A stretch of DNA of 64,000 bases from Azolla caroliniana (Eukaryota; Plantae; Polypodiophyta). The position numbers and the translations under genes are program-made. The notes beneath the pieces are model-generated. The model did not search any database. It was not told the DNA's origin and saw nothing but the letters and a program-made list of their open reading frames with translations. Of the stretch, positions 49,785 through 60,121 are shown piece by piece. The stretch's first letter is position 1. Each line of letters starts with the position of its first letter. The stretch is from NCBI GenBank assembly GCA_043228905.1, contig JBHGNT010000008.1, positions 10,230,001 through 10,294,000 of the forward strand, in the 5' to 3' direction.

Positions 49785-49852
49785 AATATATAGTGTAATG
49801 GTCAAGAGCTCGACCCATATAACATTAGGTCATGGGTTCGATTCTTGCCATA
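49785..49852 (+). other. tRNA-like A/B-box module at the U3 tip of the G LTR, antisense to the element (second copy 55621-55688)
   Basis: TAGTGTAATGG 49791-49801 and GGTTCGATTCT 49835-49845, starts 44 nt apart as in tRNA genes, with variable-loop-like AGGTC. Confidence 0.6.
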
Positions 49853-52800
49853 TAATGACATTATCCCCCCTTACGAGTGTTACGAGTCCGCATTGATTGG
49901 GGACCAGGTTTGTTCGGATACTGTCGGTGGAAATCAGCACGAAGATCTTGAGCATTGGCGACATGCTCGACGGGTTCGCAAGTACGTTCACTCGGACTAT
50001 ATCCGAGCCAATCGAAAAAATAATAAAGTTTGTTGCAAACAAACTTGGAGTCGAGGACGGCAACAACTTCATACTCCGGGCCAACGTCCAACTCAAGCGG
50101 GGGTTGTGGTGGTGTAACACGATCGGGAATAGTGTTGGCCTAATAAGGTTCGAGAAGAGAACTATGGAAGACCGGATGTATTTGAAGGTGCAAAGGAAGA
50201 TCAAGGCAGAACGTGAAATCATTAATCTTGCCAGTAATATGGAAAGGACTGAGTCGTCGATAATCCAATTTGTCGCATTGTCGAGTAGTCTTGATGTGAC
50301 GACGTAAGAGCCATACTCGATCTCCGATGGCAAACAAGGAGGGAAGCCGATGATGATCTGCATAAGTCTTCTGTGTGTGTTGAGCATGACAAAGAAGGGT
50401 AGATAGATCCGTTGGAATCTTGCGTAGCCTCTCCAAATGATCCTCGGCACGAGGATTGGTAGGTAGCTCCAGAGTGTCGATCACAGACCAGCGAGGATGA
50501 GAACCAGTATAAGCGTAAAATGGGGAGACCCGAGTGGAGGAGTGAATAGCTTTATTATAAGCAAACTCAGCAAAGTGGAGAATATCATCCCAATCGTCCT
50601 ATTGATAACTCAGAAAACACCGAAGATATTGTTCCAGTGTTTGGTTTGTTCGTTCTGCTTGCCCATCAGTTTGGGGATGATAGCTGGAGTAGAGGTTGCA
50701 AGAGACCTTGAGCATCTTGAAGAGATGCTTCCAAAATTTGGAGACGAATTGAAGTCCTTGGTCACTGATGATGTTGTCTCGGAGGCCATGATGCCGAAAA
50801 ACCTCACGCATGACAAGGGCAATGGTTTCCTCACTAGTGATGGCCTTAGTACAAGGCACAAAATGTGCCATCTTAGTATATCGGTCAATGACGGTTAAGA
50901 TAGCATCGAAGCCCTTTGAGAGTAGAAGATCTGTGATTAAATCAAGACAAATGGATTGCCACGACTTACTTGGAATTGGTAAGGATTCCAACAAGCCATA
51001 TGGATGATGTCGTGGCATCTTTGCTCGACAACAAGCATCATAGGTCTGAACATAGTCGTCAACAAAACCTCGCATATGGGGCCACCAAAAAGACCGTTGG
51101 ACTAGATCCAACGTTTTAGTACTACCAAAATGTCCAGTTGTATGGGTGTCGTGACAATTTTGGACGATTTGAAGGCGACAAGAGCAATTGGGAACATACA
51201 CGAGCTTTTTAAAGAATAATAAACCATCATGATATTCGAATTGTCAGTAGTCCATACTTGGTTGTTGAGACTGGGAACAGGATGCTCTAGAGGCATCAAT
51301 TTGTGCTAGAATTGCTTGAGCAAAACTGTACATCTTCAAATTGCAATGTATGGCATCAATAATCTGGGAATCTAGTGGAGTGTGAAAAATCCACGTTGTG
51401 TGCAAACATGTCAATGATCCCAAGATTACCTGCTTTTGATTATCAAATGCTGGATCACCAAGATGAGGTGCAAGATACGAGCGTCGCGACAGTGCATTTG
51501 CTTTTCCTTGTTGTTTCCCTAGCCGATATGTGATTTTGAAGTCAAAACGCGTGAGGAATTGGGCCCACCGAGCTTGCTGTTGATTTAGTACGGGAGCGTT
51601 TTGGAAATAAGCAAGATTTTTGTGATCATGGAAGATGATGACCTAATGAGGAGAGCCCTCTAAGAAGTGCTGCCATTGCACAAACGAATCCACGATGGCT
51701 AATAACTCCTTGTCATGTATCTCGTAGTTGATTTCCGCAGCATCAAATTTGTGCGAGTGGAAAGCCACAAGATGTAACTCTTCTTTATCTCCTTGTTGTG
51801 AAAGGATGAAACCAAGGGCGAAATCTGATGTGTCGGCCTCCATGATGAATGGTTTGTTTGTATCCACATGAGCTAGAATAGGAGCTGATGTAAAGGCTTT
51901 CTTAAGATGCATAAAAGCCATGTCCGCTTCATTGGACCAAAGAAATGACTATCCCTTCTTGGTAAGCTGTGTGAGAGGCAAAATAATCTTCGAGTAATCT
52001 TGTATAAACTTGTGGTAGAAGTTAGCGAAGCCTAGAAAACATTGCACATCTCATAACGAACCACTCTAGCAAAGTTTGAACTTTAGCTGGATCCATGGAG
52101 ATGCCTTTTGAGGAGATGACGTAGCCTAGAAATTCAACTTGCTTGCAGTCAAAGCTACCTTTTCCTGTTTGGCATAAAGACCATGCTCTCAGAGTCATTT
52201 TAGTACTAATAGTACATGAGAATCATGATCTTCCTAGGTCTTTGAATAAATCAATAGATCATCCAGATATCCAAGAGGTCTCTGAATATATCATTTGCCA
52301 TGTGCTGGAAGATTGCGGGCGCATTGGTTAGACCGAACGGCATAATGGTAATCTATGAAATGGTCGAAACTCGATTAGTAGATTCTCAGGTTTGTCGATA
52401 CCAGACTTCTCTTGTTCTCCAATCTATGTCTGGATTATGTAATTCAAACAAAGGTAATCCTAGGACAATGGGATGCTTTGGACTATTAATTATATTAAAT
52501 GATACCACACACACAAAGCTATCTAGGACAACTTGAATGGGTTCTGACTCTTCTACGATATTCCCAGAAGCAATGGGACGACCATCAATGACTACTACAA
52601 ATGCGGGGCAAGGAAGTTTTCTGAAGGATATCTGAGAAACTTGGGCAAAATTCCGATCCATGAAACAAGAAATGGCTCTGGAATCTAAATGTGCTAAGAC
52701 GTGTACTTGAGGGGTACTTTTAGTACTAACCATGACGTGGGCTAAGAACACATTGCTAACTTGCTTAGAGGGAATGGAACCACTAATGGGCTGCACAGAT

Positions 52801-53407
52801 CTAGGGTTGTCCAACCAAATGACTCCTATTTTGGCTGGACTTAGTCGTTTAACTCTTCCTCTAATTGACTAAGGATTTCAAATTTGTTTGAGATACATGG
52901 GCTATCAGTACTATTAATACTATCAGACACTCCTAAGGGAATTGACTCGAGTTTAGTATAGGCTACGATTTGATTTACCTGTCTTCTTGGCCTATGGGGA
53001 CAGTTGATTGCGATATGCCTTGATCCACCGCAATAAAGACATAATCGATTTGCACGTCGTCATTGCTTTTCTTCTTTAGATAACGAGCCACGCCGACGCA
53101 TGGTGTCGATTTCCATCGGTGTCGGAGTATTTGCCTGAGATACATCTCGTGCAAAGGGTTTAGCTATGACTGAGGCGTATGTGGGCTCTGGCCTAGTTCG
53201 TGGAATTTGTAATTGTTGTTCCGAACGTCGTTCAAAAAGGCGGTTGTCGCATCGAACCGCTCGATTGATTGCCTCTGTGAGAGATTTTGGTTCTTCGGGG
53301 AAGGTTAAAAGTAAATTCTTGACGTCGTTTCGCAGGCCATAGCGAAACTGCTCCATTAGTGCTTGATCATCCCTAGGGATATTTGAGGCGAGTAGACGAA
53401 AATCTAC

Positions 53408-54716
53408 TGTCGTGAAGATTTTCGGCAATGGTGTGAAAATCGCATAAAGCATATGAAATCGAGTATGAATAATATAAAACAATAATAGTGACGATACTAT
53501 TTTAGATTAGCTTAATATCTTGGTACGGGAAGATGGAGGTCTTCAAGAGCTTTCAAATGCACTTTACTACATAAGAAACGAACATCTAAGTGTCAACTTA
53601 TGTGGGTATGAAGTTTTGCAAAAGAAAAAGAGAAAAATAAAGCTGTGCAATATCCCACATAGATAGGAAAGTTTAGGCTCAAGCTATATAAGCAGATTGA
53701 GATCCATCATATTTCATCTATGTGTTGAGAGCACATAAAAAAGTAGTTGGACTTAAGCCACTTTTGTCTAGATGCACATATGTCGCTAAGTTGCTGGATG
53801 TGGCTAAGTGAAGAAACTCAAACCGATCGACAATAGAATCGGAAACCGGATGGAGCCGGCGATCGGTGACCGTATGCATGCAGCAACCGTTGACTTGATG
53901 GATCTGGCAACTGGCAATAGAACCGGTGACCGTATGCATGCGGCAACCATTGACCGGATGGATCTGGCAACCGGCAATAGAACCGGTGACCGGCGATCTG
54001 ACGATGGAACTGGCGATCGGCAAACAACTCGGGATGCGGACTGGGCCGGACCAAACGGATGCAAATAAGACGGATCAGTCAGGTCGGTTGATCGCGGTGC
54101 ATGGTGTCTTAAAGATGTTTGGTCCAAAAGCCTAATAGTATTTTGTGCATAAAAGAAAAAGATGTAAGCAAGACTCAAACTCAACACCTCCAAGGTAGGA
54201 AACAATAGGCTTACCATTAAGCCAAACCATTTCTTTAGAGATTATATTTTTATCATTATAACTTTGCATGTAAATTCTCATACATAAGAGCTAAAATGAG
54301 TGACATGGTTATCATGCACCACATGTAATACATGAGCGCTAAATGGCAAACATGCATTTTATGCATGTCTTGTACCCCCAAATGCATGAGGGCATCTATA
54401 AAAGAGGAGAGGAAAAAGATGAAGGGGGATTCTTTTATAAAAGAAAGCTTTATACTTTAAATCAAAATTAATATTAAAAAGAAAATTCGTTATCCTTTTG
54501 ATGATAGACCTTGTTCTTGAAATCTAAAGTCAAGAGTTCAATCTTAATCTCTCTCTCAATCTAAAATCAAGCGTCCTATCTTATCTCAATGTCTCTCTCT
54601 TTCAATCTATCTTAATTCCTTTCTCGCTAAAGCTTGTGCAAACTTCGAGTCCTTCCGGTCCAGAACCCCGGCGGTTCCGCCTCACGATCCACGCCTAGTG
54701 ACGGATCTTCACGACA
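53408..54716 (+). mobile_element. D-family Gypsy solo LTR inserted in gag of G
   Basis: TGTCGTGAAG...CTTCACGACA; removing it plus 4 bp restores the host frame (PASAYTS-DFRLLA). Confidence 0.93.
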
Positions 54717-55347
54717 CTGACGTGTAGGCAGAGGCTGGAAGATCGCCTTGACGCAATCGTTGGATCTTGTTGATCGTCGTCCTGATGTTGTCTGTATCTC
54801 CAAAGCAGGCTTTAAACTCGCTAATAAAGTCTTCAAAGTTATTAAGCAAGGAAGATTGTTTTTCTAAAAGTAGAGTGAACCATGCCAAGGCTGAGCCGTT
54901 GAGCAACGTGCCTATTAAGCCTACTCGGGATGCATCAGTGGGGTATCGGGAAGGATGCATCTAAATGACTAAATGTACCTAATTAAGGAATCCTCTTAAT
55001 TGTGATCGTGTTCCATCGAATTTCACAGGAAGTCCAATCTTGGGCTCTTTATGAAGTCCTTGGGAACTTGATCCCTGTTGTTGCAACATTACGATGGTTG
55101 CCTCGAGTTGTTGCACACGTAATGCTAACTCCCCATGTTGTTGCTGCGTTTGCTGTTTTTCTAAAGCGATTTGTTGAAGATCCCCTAACAATCGTTGGTT
55201 TTCTTGTTCTAATGCAACAAAATTTTCTTTTACACACTGAAACTCGAAAAAAATGGATTGATATTCTAAAACAGAGAGAGAATCGGTACTACAAAAAGGA
55301 AGTACTATTGGTACTAAGAGGACTGACTGCGTAAGACTCACGAGAGA

Positions 55348-55399
<52 letters not shown>

Positions 55400-56664
55400 G
55401 TGATGATAACAGATGATATATTTTGTGAAGAGTAAATACAAAATAGTTATGAGGCTTAAGATTGGCGTTGAACCAATTTGGCTTGAAATAATGTCTTGTG
55501 CCTCCTTTTATAGTGTTCTCAGGAGTAGTCCTGAAGCTTCTAGAATGTTCTAGAGAAATCTGGAATATACATTAATTTTCTATAGTAAAACTTAAATGAA
55601 AATAATATCCTACGTATTACAATAGATAGTGTAATGATCAAGAACTCCACCCATATAACATAAGGTCATTTGTTCGAATCTTGCCATATCATGACACATA
55701 CCAGTTTGAAGGGGTTAAATTATATATTTGTGCAAAAAGATCAACTCCGAAGTTACACACAATAATGTGGAAACAGAAATATAAACAGCAAATAGATAAG
55801 ATACACAATGCATGCAATTTTACATGGGAACCCTAAATGGGGAAAAACCACGGGAGAACAGATCTTCCACTATACAATAGAGAATACAAGGAATGGTTAC
55901 AACTCTTCTCTGATGCTCAGAGGATAACCACTTAGAGTTCTTGGCAGGTTAACTAACCTCTGTCGCCACTCTCACTCACGCACTCTCTACACAACACCCT
56001 ATGTCGACTGTCCCGTAGGCCCGACTAATCGGCCTTGTCTTCTACCATCCGGTCGGCTTGACTAGTCGGTTGTGACCTCAACTTGGACTCCCCCATTGTC
56101 GACTCTCTCAAAGCTGACTCTTCATGTCATCGACTATCGGCTCTCAGCCCGACCAGTCGACTACTCCTTGTCTTCGACTATCGGCTCTTATAGAGTCGGC
56201 TCCTCCCACAGGAGGGACATATTCCTAACATGAAGAAGTGGTTGAATGAGTCGTTTTAGAAGTGCAACAAAAAGTACACATTGGAAGAACACACAAACAC
56301 ACCAAATGTTTTGGTGGGAATAACCCTTTCATCACACTTCTTTGGCCTATAAACAACCTAGCATAGAGGGTATTATGTTTTTGGCCATTCACACTGTACA
56401 AAAATCTCACAGTAAGGGCTAAAACATTGGTGGATCTTATGGGAAGATTGTACAAGACCTAAACTTCTCCTTGGATGGATATGTTACACAATGTTACACA
56501 ACCTAGCATAGTCTTGATCTCCTCGATTACAAAGACGATGAAGCAGCTAGACATTTGTTTTTGGATTTGGACGAAAAAGAATAGGAGCTCACACATAGCA
56601 CAAACACATAGCAATAGTTTTGGCCGCATTAACTTGTTCCATTGAGGTGTTATGGCATATACAC

Positions 56665-56807
56665 TAGGGATTGGCAACGGTTCGGTTTAGGCTTAGCCGG
56701 TTTGGCCTGATCCAAGCCAAACCGGCTAAGCCTAAACCGTTTACAGGATCTCAAACTTGAGCCGAACCAACCGGTTTGGTAAACAACTTGTAAACCGGTT
56801 TCCAAAA

Positions 56808-56857
<50 letters not shown>

Positions 56858-57330
56858 ATGATCCACTATATACTATATACTATATACTATACATTGTACA
56901 AGCTCTCCCTCCCACTCTCTCTCACGTCTGTGGTCTCGACTCTCTCCCTCTCCCTCTCTCTCTCCCCTCTATGTAGTTCCTCTCTCTCTCTCTCCTTATA
57001 TGTTGTCTCCCTCCCTCTCTCTTTCTCTCCACGTCTGTGTAGTTCTCCCTCCCTCACTCTCTCTCTCCCATCGTCTGTTTAGTCTCCCTCACTCTCTCTC
57101 TTTCCCCTTGTTTGTTGTCTCTCTCCCCCTCTCTGTAAAGTTTATAAACGGCTTAAACGGTTTAGACGGCTTGAGCCGGTTTGGCGAGGCTCGAGCCGAG
57201 CCGAGCCGAGCCGAGCCGAGCTCAAACCGTAAAGGCAAGTTCAAGCCTAAACCGAGCCTAGCCGCCAAGCCGTTTTCAAGCCGGCTAAGCCAAACGGTTT
57301 AGGCTTGAGCCGAGCCGTTGCCGATCCCTA
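56665..57330. mobile_element. Non-autonomous hAT element / MITE (666 bp), 8-bp TSD ATATACAC
   Basis: TIRs TAGGGATTGGCAACGG / CCGTTGCCGATCCCTA; TSD 56657-56664 and 57331-57338; subterminal GAGCC/AAACC repeats; internal CT-rich tract. Confidence 0.95.
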
Positions 57331-58170
57331 ATATACACAACCTAAATCCGAGGATATTATGTTTTTGGCCTTTCACACCGTATAGCACATGTGTACATCA
57401 AAATGGATAATGTTATATTTATATTTGATGACAAATTGGATGACAGCAAGGCATGGCGATGCAGGCTATCTATTATGTATATATATAACATAACATAAGA
57501 TAACAGTGTCAGGTGGCAAGGCTCCCGCGTTGCGTCTAGTTCTTCATTCCAAAGTCAAATTGTATGTTATTATTAGGCGACTCTCATCGTCATCTATGTT
57601 TCTGAATCACCATGTCATACGCAATTCAGATTTCCAAAACAGAGATAAAAATTTGAAAACTAAGAAAAGATATCACAGAACAGATAAAAACTAGGAGCTC
57701 CCCACACCCGAGAGAAGTTACAACGTCTAGAATTTAAGGATTTTTCCGTTACATATATTTCAGAATAGGATGCATTAATGGATACTTTACAAATATTACA
57801 AGACAGAGATAATGGTTGGGTTCATAAAATGAGGTTGAATGAATATATGGACAAAATACTAATGTACACATCCATCCTCTTTCTCTCTCTGGATGCAACA
57901 TTCGTTCTCCGAATGTGAGCCATAGTTCAATCAATGGACAAAAATCTCTGTCTAACACAGATGAATATATATATATATATATATATAAGACTAGAGAGAA
58001 AGACAGAGAGAAGGGGTATCCAACAATTAAATGTTGCACTACTAGACCGAGAACGCTTCATAAAGATGGAGGGGACTAGATGGATTGGGTGGCCCATGAA
58101 CTCATCAAGGTTGGGATCACAAGAAGAGTGTAAAATTATAGGATACCACCGTGACTGTGAGTAATGAGAA

Positions 58171-58610
58171 TCATGTCTCTAAATCCTCTCTGTCGATATA
58201 GTTTACTGTTGCATTCTCGCTCATCTGTACAGGATCAATTCTCCTGTCCTGGTGGTAATCATGTGAGGCCAGGCTCTCCGCTTCGATTTGCTTCTTCACA
58301 GTACGTAGAGTTTGTGAGGAGCATTGCTCCAAGTTTTGATCTTCATACATCTCCTCAGAATTAACCTACACACATGCATAACCAACAACAAATCCGTTGA
58401 ATTGCTCGTCCACATGAGATTACAATAAACATTGGAAGATAGATCTTTACATACCAGTTTTACATTTGACAAGGTGGCAATAAGATGGGGTTGGAGGTGA
58501 CTACCATCAGCTCGATCTCTGCAGTAGTTTTGGTCATGGTGGGAAGCGGAGGAAAGGAGCTTTGCAATGAGGAGGCCCAAAATGACTACAGAATAGGAAG
58601 GAGACCACAT
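58171..58610 (-). CDS. Putative two-exon small secreted protein / peptide precursor (116 aa); exons 58610-58455 and 58365-58171
   Basis: Hydrophobic N-terminus (SVVILGLLIAKLLSSA); phase-0 89-nt intron CTG|GTATGT...TGTAG|GTT; open exon 2; upstream (TA)n and CT-rich leader; no TE motifs. Confidence 0.55.
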
Positions 58611-58725
58611 TCTTGCAGAGGTACACAGAGAGAGAGAGAGAGAGAGGTTATATGTACAATGTACAGAGAGAGAGAGATGGGGATTATATATATATATATA
58701 TATATGTAATGGCCGGGGTTTATGT
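58611..58725 (-). promoter_or_regulatory. Putative core promoter / 5' UTR: (TA)n TATA tract followed by (CT)n tracts
   Basis: (TA)n at about 58685-58705 then (CT)n up to the ATG on the minus strand. Confidence 0.4.
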
Positions 58726-58968
58726 ATTATTGGGCAAAAAAGAAAGAAAGCAGGGGAAGAGAAGGAGAGACAGAGGAATGAGGATTAGGGCAGAGTTTGT
58801 ATAATAAATACTTTCCAAAGGGAAGGGACAGAATCAGAGAGAGAGAGAGAGAAGATCTGCTGGTTGGGATATTCGATGGTTCATGACATGGCATATTCTC
58901 TTTAGCTCCTCTCTCTCATTCTCTCTCTCTTGGCACCATGTGTGGGGTGGGGTCTCCATTGGATTTAG

Positions 58969-59008
<40 letters not shown>

Positions 59009-59249
59009 ACACACACCACGCATTTCTGGATTCACTTTCCCACATGGTTTCTAACCGCACCCTTACCTTCAAGTTTTCAGACTACGGAATCTTTTACGAC
59101 GAGATTCCTCATTCCTTCGACGCCAAAATAATAAAAATAAAAATAGTATACATACATGTTTGTCTTGGAGCCAATAGATAACCTCCCCTATGCATCGTGC
59201 TTTGTCAACTAGAAATTTTTGAGATTTCGAGTATTCGTCGATTTTGCAA

Positions 59250-59460
59250 CAATTCCAAGTTCAATACTTGGAATTGGCTTGGTTAAGAAATTAGCGCACA
59301 TGTCATAAGTAGGGGTATTGTTGATGTCGAGGTTATCTTCTTCCATAAGTTCTGTTATAAAGTGTGATATCGAGCCCGAATATATTTATTTTGGTCGGTA
59401 ATATTTGGGTTCTTGGTGATCTTAACACATGATTGATTATCACACCATAGTTTGAATTTG
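59250..59460 (-). pseudogene. Ancient Copia RNase H fragment
   Basis: LWCDNQSCVKITKNP...KYIRARYH...ANFLTKP. Confidence 0.7.
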
Positions 59461-59964
59461 GAAATTTATGGAAGGGTGAAAGCAAGCTACGGTGTACCAA
59501 CTTTTGGCTAAAATTGTTTTACTAATTCAATGAAGAGAAAAAACACTATAATTGCAAATAACTCCAATAAAAGTGACAAAAAAATTGATCATGATTCACT
59601 TATTATAAAAATAAAAGTCACATTCAATGGGTTTAGGTTTTCAAATAACCATAAACACCACACATCCTTCCAGTGTTATGTGTCTGTCCAAGTGTCTCTC
59701 GTGTAATCAATTCCGATTGAGGTTGTTAGTGCATATGCCAAGGTAAACTTGTACGAAGTCTTTAATTGTTAAAGATCTTGAACTGATAGTGACACAATCA
59801 GTTAGTCTCTCTCTCTCTCCCCTTCTCTTGCCTTACGTAAGTTGATTTCATTCGCAGGTGTTCAAGTTGGGGCAACAATTCACACCCTATGCACCTCCAG
59901 GCGAGGACCACGTTCTTTGTCTGTCTACAACCTCAAGGCACTCTGTGCTCATTCTGTTTGCTAT

Positions 59965-60121
59965 GACCCCTCTGTAGTGAACATGTGTTCTTTGCTCTTT
60001 GTGCTTGTTGTTACCCCTCTGTAGTGAACATGTGTTCTTTGCTCTTTGTGCTTGTTGTGACCCCTCTGTAGTGAACATGTGTTCTTTACTCTTTGTGCCT
60101 AGTGTGACCCCTTTGCAGTGT
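59965..60121. repeat. 47-bp minisatellite (about 3.3 copies), resumes near 63575-63620
   Basis: GACCCCTCTGTAGTGAACATGTGTTCTTTGCTCTTTGTGCTTGTTGT-type units at 59965, 60012, 60059, 60106. Confidence 0.92.

Larger units (their letters stand above)
49413..55696 (-). mobile_element. Degenerate chromoviral Ty3/Gypsy element G (Tcn1-like), inserted in the PBS of F
   Basis: 3' LTR 49413-49860, 5' LTR about 55262-55696; PPT near 49865-49871; gag PVKFDGTRSQLRGFL; PR HLDSRA; partial RT; RH EADTSDFALG; INT; chromodomain EYEVVAVLDS...W.GY...FHRQYP; decayed TSD GATAT/CATAC. Confidence 0.92.
39543..56230 (-). mobile_element. Old Ty1/Copia element F (Tork-like), host of a solo LTR, Copia I and Gypsy G; most of RT deleted
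   Basis: LTRs 55707-56230 and 39543-40163; TSD GGAAG/TGAAG; PPT near 40166-40173; gag ATG 49389; PR IDSDTSFHIT; INT 47240-48100; RH 40200-41376. Confidence 0.88.

Noticed and set aside
58040-58105. CLE-like peptide (VHGPPNPSSPLH) downstream of the candidate gene
   Set aside because: Preceded by an in-frame stop, poor match to the CLE consensus, and no convincing splice link
59965-60121. CRISPR array
   Set aside because: Contiguous 47-bp units without unique spacers, no cas genes, eukaryotic TE context
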